Notes under the pieces: generated by a model
What the model saw: the letters and a program-made list of their open reading frames with translations, nothing else
Told to the model about the DNA's origin: nothing
Database searches by the model: none
Position numbers and translations under genes: made by a program
Part shown: positions 38,588 through 48,375 of the stretch, piece by piece
Layout: every line of letters starts with the position of its first letter
How positions within the stretch are numbered: the first letter of the stretch is position 1
NCBI GenBank assembly: GCA_051382295.1
Contig: JBBCAW010000012.1
Location: 96,001-160,000, forward strand
Length of the DNA: 64,000 nucleotides
Source of the DNA: Bdellovibrionota bacterium FG-1
GTDB taxonomy: Bacteria; Bdellovibrionota; UBA1018
Direction of reading: 5' to 3'

Positions 38588-39367
38588 ATGCCCAGATTCG
38601 TCCTTCATTTTCGCCTCACTTTTGCATTACTTTGGCTGTCGCATCTTTCGGTGCAGACGCTGGCGTTTGCCTATAAAGGCTCGGACTATCTGATCCCCGC
38701 AGGAGCTGGTGTGAGTTCCCCTGCTTTGTCGAGTGGCGTTTTCGACAACCCGGCAGTGTTTTCTGAAAAAACCGATTTTCAGCTCAATGCTGGTTATTAT
38801 TCGAGCTCCCTGCAGTTTTTGAAATCGGGCGTGGCCGCGGGAATGCTGGCCTCTAGTTCAAAATTCGGATTTTCGGGCTCGGTGCTCTCCATTCCGTCTC
38901 TGGGTTCAAGCAGCACTTACTTTTTGCTCGGAAGCAGTTATGCGTTTAAAAACAGCTTTCACCTCGGCGTGGGAATGTTGTATTCGATGGAGACTGGTGC
39001 CGGAGTGAATTTGGGCCTGCTTTATTCTGTCAATAGTGCGACCGAATTTGGGTTTGTGGTCTACGGTTTGAAGGACCTGGGTGCGGGACTCACCTTTTAT
39101 CTCTCTCGGCGGGTCAGACTTGTTCTGGATTTTGGATTGGAATCCTTCTCCGTGATCGCCTATAAACCGGGCCTTCTGGTCACTGCCGGAATTCTTCAGC
39201 TCGGTTGTTCCGTGGGAGGCAGCGTGCAAAATGCCGCGACCAACACAGCATTCTCTCCGGGTCCGGCATATTCAATGGGTATTCTTTCAAGGAATGGTAG
39301 CAGTCTTACCTTTAGTTATAATCACCAGGGCGTGGTGATTCTCAATTCCGCAATTACGATAAAATAG
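38588..39367 (+). CDS. Predicted outer-membrane beta-barrel, FadL/PorV-like N-terminus
   Basis: Signal peptide (AFA-Y); GAGVS..SGVFDNPAVF motif; continuous Gly/aromatic amphipathic strands. Confidence 0.6.
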   Translation: MPRFVLHFRLTFALLWLSHLSVQTLAFAYKGSDYLIPAGAGVSSPALSSGVFDNPAVFSEKTDFQLNAGYYSSSLQFLKSGVAAGMLASSSKFGFSGSVLSIPSLGSSSTYFLLGSSYAFKNSFHLGVGMLYSMETGAGVNLGLLYSVNSATEFGFVVYGLKDLGAGLTFYLSRRVRLVLDFGLESFSVIAYKPGLLVTAGILQLGCSVGGSVQNAATNTAFSPGPAYSMGILSRNGSSLTFSYNHQGVVILNSAITIK

Positions 39368-39384
39368 GCACCCACTGTGTCATC

Positions 39385-39414
39385 CCAGACCCATTCTTAC
39401 CAGACCCATTCTTA
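39385..39414. repeat. 15-bp tandem duplication in the adhesin upstream region
   Basis: CCAGACCCATTCTTA x2 (39385-39399, 39400-39414). Confidence 0.9.
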
Positions 39415-39451
39415 ACTTTGCCGTAACTCTACATATTCTTTGCTTAATTAA

Positions 39452-39484
39452 TTGACTTGAGAAGTCAACTCATCTTGCCGATAA
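39452..39484 (+). promoter_or_regulatory. Palindrome plus sigma28-type -10 box upstream of the giant adhesin
   Basis: TTGACTT-gag-AAGTCAA (39452-39468) over the -35 position; perfect GCCGATAA at 39477-39484; -35 is non-consensus. Confidence 0.55.
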
Positions 39485-39510
39485 TTAAATATATAGGACG
39501 TATGTAAAGC

Positions 39511-42500
39511 ATGACTTTCACAAATGTGAAAACAGGATTGATGGCGATAAGCTACGGGCTCCTTTTGGGGCTTTCAGCAGGCTGTAATAAGGTAAACGAT
39601 GCGTTCACGCCACTCGCGGTGACAAGTAGTGGAGCGGGTGAGGAACCGACCGTCCTGGCACCTTCTGGGCTGGTTTGGACCGACAATAGTGGAACTTCTA
39701 TTGCTCTTTCATGGGCGGACAACGCCACCAATGGCGCCAACTACGAAGTGGAGAGTTGCATTGGCGCCGCTTGTACAGATTTCGCGCCGGTTCCTGGGTC
39801 TCCTTTCGGCGCTCACCTGACCAGTTACACTGCCGGGTCCCTCACTCCCAGCGCCACCTACCGCTTTCGCTTCCGGGCGTTGGCCGGCAAATCACCCAGC
39901 CCCTGGATTGAGTCCGGTGACACCATCGCCTTCGCGGGTTTGGCCTTGGCTGACCAGATTTCGTCCACCAGCGTACACCTGAGCTGGATCGCCGCCGCCG
40001 CCGCCGCAAATTACTTGATCTATGACGCCACGGGCGCCACTCCCGCGTTGCTCTCCACCGTGAACAGCGGAAGCAGTGCCGCGACGATTACGGGGCTGAC
40101 TCCATCGACGACCTATAAACTGAGAGTCAAGACCGTGGATGCAGCCGGAAATTTCGACCACAACTCCCACGACGTGGAAGTCACCACCCTGCCGAGTGTA
40201 CCCGCTGACCTTGGCGCACCATTGACACCCACTGTGCTTGCCGCCGGTACGATTACCACCACCTCGATCCCGATCACCTGGACGGACAACGCGACCAGCG
40301 AAACCTCTTATCAGATCCAACGCTGCTCCGGTACCGGCTGCTCTAATTTCGCGGATGTGACGGGTAATCCCTTTGCGATCAATCTCACTGCCTTTTCAGA
40401 AGGGGGCCTGACCCCGAACACAATCTATCGTTATCGAGTCCGAGCCACCAATGGTGCGGGTTCCAGTGCCTGGCTCACTTCGAGTGACTTGACGACGTTA
40501 CAAACCGCTCCCAATGCGCCGACTACGCTGGCCTGGACCGTAAATTCCGGGACTACCCTCGGTTTCAGTTGGACGGATAACGCTACCAACGAATCCTCTT
40601 ACGTCGTGGAAAGCTGCCAGACGGCGGGATGCGTGGACTTCACGCCCATCACCGGTTCACCGTTCGCGGCGAACACGACCTCGGCTACTCTTTCGGGGCT
40701 GACTGCTGCCACCTATTATCGAGTGCGAGTCTCCGCGAGTAATTCAGGGGGAAGTAGCAGCTCACTGATTAGCGGCAACCTCTTTACCTTCGCAGGGCTG
40801 AGTGCCGCAACGGCATCGGATGCCAACACGGTCCACCTGACCTGGAACAACGCCGGACTCGCCTCCTACTACACCCTCTACGATGTCACTTTGGGTACCC
40901 CGATCTTTGTGACGAGCATCGCAGGAGCGGCTTCGTCCTATGATGTGACAGGCCTCACTCCCTCGACCCACTATACCTATCGCCTGCGTGCTACGAACTC
41001 CAGTGCAGTCACTGAACTCAATGTCAACGATGTATCGGTCACCACACCCGCCCTTGCGGCTCCCGCGGCTCCGACGGCTCTCGTTGCTCTGGGTGGAACC
41101 CCCACCAGCTTGTCGATGAGTTGGACGGATAACGCCACCAACGAAACATCCTACGTGATTCAAAGCTGTACGGGCGCCGGATGTTCTAACTTCGCGGCGG
41201 TCACCAATTCGCCCTTTGCAGCGAATAAGACCTCCTACACCGCAAGCAGTCTGAGTGCGGGCACTACTTATAGTTTCAGAATTCGGGCCAGCAATTCGGC
41301 CGGCGACAGTAGCTGGCTGAGTGCAACGGATCTCGCGACCCCTTCTCCTGCGTCCGTGGGTTCAATCAGCAAAATAGATGGAGACACTCAGACCGATAAT
41401 CGCAGTAACACGCTGGCGACCGCGCTCAAAGTTCGGGTCCTCGACGCGCAGAGCGCGCCGGTGGTGGGAGCCTCGGTTGACTGGACCGTTCTTACCGGAG
41501 GTGGATCAGTAAGCGCTGCCACCAGCGTGAGCGACGGGACCGGCTACGCCACCATTAGCTTTACGCTTGGAACATTAGTCGGTGCTCAAAGCGTTAAGGC
41601 GGCCATAACGACAAACAACACTCTGAACGTCACCTTCACCGCCACTGCGACCAATCCTGCTGCCAGCTCAGTCATCTTGGTATCGGGTGATGCCCAAACT
41701 GCATACACGGGCCGGGACCTGGCACTGCCCCTTAAAGTTCGAGTGAGAGATTCACTTTCGCGCCCCATTGAAGGCCTGACTATCGACTGGACCAAGACCG
41801 GGACTGCCACTTTAGGCTCCGCAAGCAGCGTCACCGATTCTGCGGGCGAAGCCACCAGCACGGTCACGGTAGGTTCGAGTGCCTCCACCATTCAGGTCAC
41901 GGCAACTGTTGCGAGCAATACTGCACTGACGCAGGTTTTTAATTTCACTTCGACCGTTCCGACGGCTTCCACGATCGTGGCGACATCCGGAAATAGTCAG
42001 AGCGCGCCCGTCAGCTCGACGTTGGGCACGCCTTTTACGGTCACCGTTAAGGACGCCGGGGCCCTGGTCGTTGTGGGCGCCACCATCGATTGGAGTATCA
42101 CCGCTGGAGGGGGCTCGCTCAGCAGTGCTTCCGGTGCCACCAACAGTTCTGGGCAGGTTTCCACCACCTCGACACTTGGGGTCGCTGCCGGTACCCAAAC
42201 CGTGACGGCCACGGTCCATGGAACGGCGGTCACCGTCACGTTTACCACCACTGCCACTCCCATTCCCGGATCACTTGCAATCGTTCAGGGCAATTCGCAA
42301 ACTGGATACACTCAAACTGCATTGGCGACCGCGCTCTCCGTTCGAGTTTTGGACACCAATGGCCAAACTATTGCGGGCTCCACGATCAACTGGACAACGA
42401 CCGCGGGGAACGGGTCTCCTAGCGGTGCCACTTCTCTCACTGATGCTAATGGCTTGGCTTCAATGACCTGGACGCTTGGAAGCACGGTAGGAGCCGAAAC

Positions 42501-45500
42501 TCTCACCGCGACAATCAATGGCACAGCCATATCCCAAAACTTCACAGCCACTGCCGGCCTCCCACCGCTAGCCTCGATTGAAAAAATAGAGGGAGATAGC
42601 CAGACCGCCGTCAAGAGCACAGTGCTGCCGATCGCTTTGAAAGCGAGGGTCAAAGATACGAATTCGGTTATTCGCGCAGGTGTAACAGTCAATTGGACGG
42701 TCATTCAGGGAACCGCAACGGTGGGAGCCGCCACCAGTGTTACGGATTCGAATGGCGACGCCGTCATTACGGTCACACTGGGAAACGCCGGTGGAACAGT
42801 TTCCGTCAAAGCCGCGCTTGCTTCCGACGCCACGATTTCGACCGCTTTTTCAGAAACTGCGACCCTGCCTAGCACCAATGCGATCAATATTACCGCCGGC
42901 AATAACCAAACGGGCACCGTGGGCACGATCGCGAGCACCGCTTTGACCGTACAGGTCTTGGACGCAAGTGCCACTGGCATTCCTGGGCTTACGGTCAACT
43001 GGGCAGTCACGGCCGGGAGTCTTACGCTCACCTCGGCGAGTTCGACGACCAACGCCAGCGGAGTCGCGACCATGGCGGCAACTTTTGGCGGAACGGTATC
43101 AAACACGATCACCGTCACGGCAACCCCTTCGGGCTTCGGGTCATCGGCAAGCTTTTCGCTCTCGTCTACCGCTGGTGCACCCGCTTTGATTTCGGTTTAT
43201 TCGGGCAATAATCAGAGTGGCATCAGTGGTAGCGATCTCACGAATCCTTTGGTCGCGTTGGTCACAGACGCCTACGGAAATATGGTTTCCGGTGCGACCG
43301 TCAACTGGTTAGTCGTCACCGGTGCCGGCACTCTGGGCAGCGCCTCCTCGGTTTCAAATGGCTCGGGGCTGGCTTCTAACACCTGGAATCTTTCGGCGAC
43401 CGGCATTACTCAACATGTGACCGCGACCGAAGCTTCCAGCGGAGTTTCGACTTCCTTCTCTGCGGTGGCGAATGTCTGCACCGGAACCGGTCTGACCAAT
43501 GCCCCTTATGCGACCGGCTCGGGTACTGCCGCCAGTCCCTATTACATTTGCACCGCCACTCAGCTTTCAGCGCTCATGACCACCACGACTGCGGCTTCCT
43601 GGAGTGGGTATTATAAATTGGGCCAAGACGTCGATGCCACTGGCCTCACCCCGACCCCGATCGGCAGCGTCACCACCCCCTTCACCGGCACCTTTGACGG
43701 CAATAACTTCCAGATCACCCATCTGGCGGCCATGACGGGCAGTGCGGTCAATGTGGGGTTCTTTGGCTATATCAATTCAGCCACGATCAAAAATCTTTCG
43801 ATCACTTCGGCTGGGATCAGCGCCGGAAGTTATAACAACGTAGGAGGATTAGTCGGGTTTGCCAATAGCGGGACGATTTCGAATGTTACCGTGAACCTCA
43901 CGGGTAATATCACGGGCTCAAGTTATGTAGGTGGGCTTGTTGGCTCAACATACGCCAATACCGCCCCCTTGCTTGTCACCACGGCCCGAGTCCTCGGAGC
44001 GGTGACCATTACTGGGGTTGCCAATGTCGGTGGACTTTTTGGATATTTCAACAATGTCGCGTTGACCCAGGGACGCGCCGCACCTGCCGTGACGGGTACT
44101 CAGGCGACATCGACCTACGTCGGTGGAGCGATCGGTTATATGAATGGCGGAACCGTCGCGAAAAGTTACGCGACCGGAAATGTAACGGCGACCCAATACG
44201 CGGGCGGCTTTGTCGGTTACCAACAAACCGGGACCATCACCGATAGCTATGCTACTGGCAATCTCATCGGGACGACAGGATACCAGAAAATTGGGGGCTT
44301 TGCAGGATACCAAGGCGCAACCATGACGCGCGTCTATTCAAGAGGTATCGTCAACCCCACTACCACGAGCGATATTGGCGGCTTCATCGGTTACTCCCAA
44401 AGCCCGACTCTAGTGACTTTATCTCTTTGGGACACCACCACTTCCGGAAAAGGGACCAGCGGCACCAATGCCGTGGGCATGGGGCAAATCACCTCACTCA
44501 TGCAAAACCCTCTCACCTTCGCGGATTCTGAATGGGACTATACGGTTTGGGGACAATTGTCCTCTGACTGGCCGGCTCTCCGGTGGGACAATACGCTTCC
44601 AACGGTTTCAGTCCCTGCACTTTTCGCAAGTGGGTCTGGAACCGCCGCCGATCCGTACATAATCGCCAACACGACTCAATTCAGCAATATCCCCTTGGCT
44701 TTGGCGAGTTCTGTGGCAGCACGAGCCGCGACTTACAAGCTTTCGGACTCCTTGGCAGCTCCACTGGATTTTACCGGTATCGCTCTCGGCCGTATCGGAA
44801 GCGTCACCTTCCCCTTCACCGGGACTTTTGATGGCAGCTCTAAAACTTTGAGCAATATCACCCTGGTCGCCCGAAACAGCAATGCTGGCATCTTTGGATA
44901 CGTATCAGGGGCCACGATCAAGAACCTCACCGTGGACGTCACCTCCGTCACCTCGACCTACAGCACCAACAGCACGGCCATCAATACCGGAGGACTCATC
45001 GGCTCGGCCACCTCCTCCACCATCAGCAACATCACCGCCACCATCGGTACCGTGAACACCCCAAACACGGCCTCAACCAGTGGTCCCACTGGCGTGGGCG
45101 GCCTCATCGGCTTCGCGGCCAACAGCACCTTGACCAACCTCAATGTCACCCTCAGCGGCACCGTGCAAGGAACCTCTTATGTGGGCGGCATCGTCGGGGA
45201 TAACGGCAGCGCCACCGGCGGCGGCACCTACACCACTCTCAAACTCACCAAGAGCGGATCGGGGGCCATCAGTGGATATCAGTACGTCGGCGGACTCTTT
45301 GGTGGATTTGGCCATTCCTTCTCCTCGGCCTTCACCGTCACTCAATGCGCCAATGTCGGGGTCCCCGTCACCGGCACCTACACTAGCTATAGCTATAGCG
45401 GGGGCGTGGTCGGTTATATCTACTCTGCCCCCTCAGGGATGACCATGTCCCAATGCTACTCTACCGGCAATGTCACGGGCTCTATGTATACCGGCGGCTT

Positions 45501-48375
45501 TGTCGGACAAATCTATGCAACTGGCACTACTTCTATTACGGACTCCTATGCTACGGGCTCCGTCACCAGTACCGGTAACAACACGTCGGTCGGATGTTTT
45601 GCCGGTGAAACCGGTGCCGGAGCCACTCTCTCTCGCGTCTATGCTTCTAATAGCAGCTTCACGGACACCAATGCCGCCACCACCACCCTTGGAGGGGTTG
45701 TCGGTAATTACAACGGGGGCGCCACCACGATCGATTCTTTCTGGAATACCGGAGCCACCGCCAAAGTCGGCGCAGGCGGAATGGGGCATACGACCGCGGA
45801 GCTCCAGGACATCAGCACCTTCCTGCCTGCCGGCTGGGATTTTGCCTCGACCTGGGCCATGCCCAGCCCCAGTTCGGTCAACGGCGGCTTTCCGATTCTC
45901 AGATACGACGCCACTGTCCCTAGTATCACGCTGGCTTCCCTGCTGCCTCTGGGCTCCGGTACTTCAGGCGATCCTTATATTATCGGGGACGTCGCCACCT
46001 TCAAAAACATTGCCGTGGCCATGAGCCTATTTACGGCGCCGCGTGCCGCCTATTATAAACAGACTTCTAATCTGGACTTCACGAGCACGATTCCATCCGT
46101 CATCGGCACCAACAGTACCCCCTTCACCGGGACTTACGATGGTAATGGTTTCTCGATCTCCAATGTCACTTTGGTCGCAGTCGAAGCCAAAACCGGCCTC
46201 TTTGGCAATATCTCTGGCGCCACGATCAAGAACCTCACCTTGAACGTCACCTCCGTCACGACGATTTTTCCCAACGTTGGAGCGCTCGTTGGTTTCGCCA
46301 CCTCTTCGACCATCACCAATATCACCGCAAACATCACGGCAGTCACCTCGACCTACAGCACCACCAGCACGGCCATCAATACCGGAGGACTCATCGGCTC
46401 GGCCACCTCCTCCACCATCAGCAACATCACCGCCACCATCGGTACCGTGAACACCCCAAACACGGCCTCAACCAGTGGTCCCACTGGCGTGGGCGGCCTC
46501 ATCGGCTTCGCGGCCAACAGCACCTTGACCAACCTCAATGTCACCCTCAGCGGCACCGTGCAAGGAACCTCTTATGTGGGCGGCATCGTCGGGGATAACG
46601 GCAGCGCCACCGGCGGCGGCACCTACACCACTCTCAAACTCACCAAGAGCGGATCGGGGGCCATCAGTGGATATCAGTACGTCGGCGGACTCTTTGGTGG
46701 ATTTGGCCATTCCTTCTCCTCGGCCTTCACCGTCACTCAATGCGCCAATGTCGGGGTCCCCGTCACCGGCACCTACACTAGCTATAGCTATAGCGGGGGC
46801 GTGGTCGGTTATATCTACTCTGCCCCCTCAGGGATGACCATGTCCCAATGCTACTCTACCGGCAATGTCACGGGCTCTATGTATACCGGCGGCTTTGTCG
46901 GACAAATCTATGCAACTGGCACTACTTCTATTACGGACTCCTATGCTACGGGCTCCGTCACCAGTACCGGTAACAACACGTCGGTCGGATGTTTTGCCGG
47001 TGAAACCGGTGCCGGAGCCACTCTCTCTCGCGTCTATGCTTCTAATAGCAGCTTCACGGACACCAATGCCGCCACCACCACCCTTGGAGGGGTTGTCGGT
47101 AATTACAACGGGGGCGCCACCACGATCGATTCCTTCTGGAATACCGGAGCCACCGCCAAAGTCGGCGCAGGCGGAAACGGCGTGAGCACGGCCACGATGC
47201 AAAAGCAGTCTCACTGGGTCAATCACACTTTTGACTTTGCCAACACCTGGGTGATGAGCGGACTGCCCGTTCTCAAGTGGGATAGCGGGAGCCCCTCTGC
47301 CCCAACCCTCGCCTCGCTCTTTGGCGGCGGATCAGGAACCTCGGGCGATCCCTACCTGATCTCCACCGTCCAGCATCTAAAGAATTTGAGCGTGGCCATG
47401 TACTTGGGTTCAGCCGCGCAAAATGCCTCTTATTTATTACTCAATGACCTCGATGTCGCAGGCGACCACTATGTCATCGGCAACGCTGCTTATCCGTTCA
47501 AAGGGGATTTCAATGGAAATGGCAAAACCATCTCCAATGTCGCGGTCGCGGTCTTGATGGGAGACAATATTGGATTCTTTGGCTATGTCGACTCCGGCTC
47601 CACGACCAATACTCAGATTTACGACTTGAACATCACACTGGCCGCAGGAGGCATTTCGGCAGGAATCACCTCCACCTCTGCCTCCAATTACGTGGGCGGC
47701 CTGGTCGGACAGGTTCGCTCGACGGGCAGCACTCGAACCACCATTTCCAACTGCCAAGTCAGCACCAGCGCTGCGGGACCCGTTGCAGGATACTCCTCCG
47801 TCGGTGGGCTCGTCGGCTATCTTTACAACTACTCGACGGTTTATCACTCTTTTGCGGGAGTGGCGGTATCCGGAGTGGGAACGAGCAGCAATAGCTATGC
47901 CGGTGGGCTGGTCGGCATAAACGACACCTTCTCCACCATCAGCCAGAGCTACGCGAGCGGCAATGTATCCGGTCTTAACTTCGTCGGTGGACTCGTCGGC
48001 ACCAACCAGAACACGAGTCTGATCAACGACTCTTATGCCACGGGGACGGTAACAGGAACTGCCGCCGCCAATGCGGGGGGCTTTGCCGGCACCAATACGT
48101 CTAGTTCGACCATTATACGTTGTTATTCCAAGGGCTCCATTGGGACTGGAGGCGGACTGGTGGGCGCTAACAGTGGCACCGCAGTCAGCAACTCGTTCTG
48201 GGATATCACCACCTCTGGCAAGGGCAGCGACGGCGCCACGACCGGTAGCTCCGGGGGTACCGGGTACAACACCACGCACATGCAGACCACGACGACCTTT
48301 ACGGGAGCCGGCTGGAGCGCCCTGCCGATCTGGGTGTTCAGCGGGGGCAATAATGCTTATCCGACCCTATATTGA
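39511..48375 (+). CDS. Giant surface lipoprotein/adhesin: 6 FN3 + 7 Big-1 (invasin-type Ig) + 4 GLUG-motif beta-helix modules
   Basis: Lipobox LSAG-C; SWTDNATNE..Y FN3 repeats; (S/E)G(D/N).Q(T/S)..L.V.V.D..V.W Big-1 repeats; four GSGT..(D/S)PY.I modules with VGGLVG / SYATG.V motifs; Thr/Ser/Gly-rich; no C-terminal barrel. Confidence 0.88.
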   Translation: MTFTNVKTGLMAISYGLLLGLSAGCNKVNDAFTPLAVTSSGAGEEPTVLAPSGLVWTDNSGTSIALSWADNATNGANYEVESCIGAACTDFAPVPGSPFGAHLTSYTAGSLTPSATYRFRFRALAGKSPSPWIESGDTIAFAGLALADQISSTSVHLSWIAAAAAANYLIYDATGATPALLSTVNSGSSAATITGLTPSTTYKLRVKTVDAAGNFDHNSHDVEVTTLPSVPADLGAPLTPTVLAAGTITTTSIPITWTDNATSETSYQIQRCSGTGCSNFADVTGNPFAINLTAFSEGGLTPNTIYRYRVRATNGAGSSAWLTSSDLTTLQTAPNAPTTLAWTVNSGTTLGFSWTDNATNESSYVVESCQTAGCVDFTPITGSPFAANTTSATLSGLTAATYYRVRVSASNSGGSSSSLISGNLFTFAGLSAATASDANTVHLTWNNAGLASYYTLYDVTLGTPIFVTSIAGAASSYDVTGLTPSTHYTYRLRATNSSAVTELNVNDVSVTTPALAAPAAPTALVALGGTPTSLSMSWTDNATNETSYVIQSCTGAGCSNFAAVTNSPFAANKTSYTASSLSAGTTYSFRIRASNSAGDSSWLSATDLATPSPASVGSISKIDGDTQTDNRSNTLATALKVRVLDAQSAPVVGASVDWTVLTGGGSVSAATSVSDGTGYATISFTLGTLVGAQSVKAAITTNNTLNVTFTATATNPAASSVILVSGDAQTAYTGRDLALPLKVRVRDSLSRPIEGLTIDWTKTGTATLGSASSVTDSAGEATSTVTVGSSASTIQVTATVASNTALTQVFNFTSTVPTASTIVATSGNSQSAPVSSTLGTPFTVTVKDAGALVVVGATIDWSITAGGGSLSSASGATNSSGQVSTTSTLGVAAGTQTVTATVHGTAVTVTFTTTATPIPGSLAIVQGNSQTGYTQTALATALSVRVLDTNGQTIAGSTINWTTTAGNGSPSGATSLTDANGLASMTWTLGSTVGAETLTATINGTAISQNFTATAGLPPLASIEKIEGDSQTAVKSTVLPIALKARVKDTNSVIRAGVTVNWTVIQGTATVGAATSVTDSNGDAVITVTLGNAGGTVSVKAALASDATISTAFSETATLPSTNAINITAGNNQTGTVGTIASTALTVQVLDASATGIPGLTVNWAVTAGSLTLTSASSTTNASGVATMAATFGGTVSNTITVTATPSGFGSSASFSLSSTAGAPALISVYSGNNQSGISGSDLTNPLVALVTDAYGNMVSGATVNWLVVTGAGTLGSASSVSNGSGLASNTWNLSATGITQHVTATEASSGVSTSFSAVANVCTGTGLTNAPYATGSGTAASPYYICTATQLSALMTTTTAASWSGYYKLGQDVDATGLTPTPIGSVTTPFTGTFDGNNFQITHLAAMTGSAVNVGFFGYINSATIKNLSITSAGISAGSYNNVGGLVGFANSGTISNVTVNLTGNITGSSYVGGLVGSTYANTAPLLVTTARVLGAVTITGVANVGGLFGYFNNVALTQGRAAPAVTGTQATSTYVGGAIGYMNGGTVAKSYATGNVTATQYAGGFVGYQQTGTITDSYATGNLIGTTGYQKIGGFAGYQGATMTRVYSRGIVNPTTTSDIGGFIGYSQSPTLVTLSLWDTTTSGKGTSGTNAVGMGQITSLMQNPLTFADSEWDYTVWGQLSSDWPALRWDNTLPTVSVPALFASGSGTAADPYIIANTTQFSNIPLALASSVAARAATYKLSDSLAAPLDFTGIALGRIGSVTFPFTGTFDGSSKTLSNITLVARNSNAGIFGYVSGATIKNLTVDVTSVTSTYSTNSTAINTGGLIGSATSSTISNITATIGTVNTPNTASTSGPTGVGGLIGFAANSTLTNLNVTLSGTVQGTSYVGGIVGDNGSATGGGTYTTLKLTKSGSGAISGYQYVGGLFGGFGHSFSSAFTVTQCANVGVPVTGTYTSYSYSGGVVGYIYSAPSGMTMSQCYSTGNVTGSMYTGGFVGQIYATGTTSITDSYATGSVTSTGNNTSVGCFAGETGAGATLSRVYASNSSFTDTNAATTTLGGVVGNYNGGATTIDSFWNTGATAKVGAGGMGHTTAELQDISTFLPAGWDFASTWAMPSPSSVNGGFPILRYDATVPSITLASLLPLGSGTSGDPYIIGDVATFKNIAVAMSLFTAPRAAYYKQTSNLDFTSTIPSVIGTNSTPFTGTYDGNGFSISNVTLVAVEAKTGLFGNISGATIKNLTLNVTSVTTIFPNVGALVGFATSSTITNITANITAVTSTYSTTSTAINTGGLIGSATSSTISNITATIGTVNTPNTASTSGPTGVGGLIGFAANSTLTNLNVTLSGTVQGTSYVGGIVGDNGSATGGGTYTTLKLTKSGSGAISGYQYVGGLFGGFGHSFSSAFTVTQCANVGVPVTGTYTSYSYSGGVVGYIYSAPSGMTMSQCYSTGNVTGSMYTGGFVGQIYATGTTSITDSYATGSVTSTGNNTSVGCFAGETGAGATLSRVYASNSSFTDTNAATTTLGGVVGNYNGGATTIDSFWNTGATAKVGAGGNGVSTATMQKQSHWVNHTFDFANTWVMSGLPVLKWDSGSPSAPTLASLFGGGSGTSGDPYLISTVQHLKNLSVAMYLGSAAQNASYLLLNDLDVAGDHYVIGNAAYPFKGDFNGNGKTISNVAVAVLMGDNIGFFGYVDSGSTTNTQIYDLNITLAAGGISAGITSTSASNYVGGLVGQVRSTGSTRTTISNCQVSTSAAGPVAGYSSVGGLVGYLYNYSTVYHSFAGVAVSGVGTSSNSYAGGLVGINDTFSTISQSYASGNVSGLNFVGGLVGTNQNTSLINDSYATGTVTGTAAANAGGFAGTNTSSSTIIRCYSKGSIGTGGGLVGANSGTAVSNSFWDITTSGKGSDGATTGSSGGTGYNTTHMQTTTTFTGAGWSALPIWVFSGGNNAYPTLY
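44947..47176 (+). repeat. 835-bp near-identical direct repeat within the adhesin (44947-45781 and 46342-47176; offset 1395)
   Basis: Direct comparison shows two differences by eye (AAC/ACC Asn/Thr near the start; TCT/TCC synonymous near the end); alternative-frame ORFs in both copies are identical. Confidence 0.95.

Noticed and set aside
39991..40008. (GCC)5 tract as a phase-variation switch
   Set aside because: In-frame trinucleotide encoding poly-Ala; slippage would not change frame.
44947..47176. Diversity-generating retroelement template/variable repeat pair
   Set aside because: Repeat is much longer than a typical TR/VR, both copies are in-frame coding, only about two differences (one not at adenine), and no reverse transcriptase is in the window.
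48071..48352. Long N-terminal extension of the ORF after the adhesin
   Set aside because: Out-of-frame overlap with the adhesin 3' end; ATG 48353 before the TM segment is more plausible.
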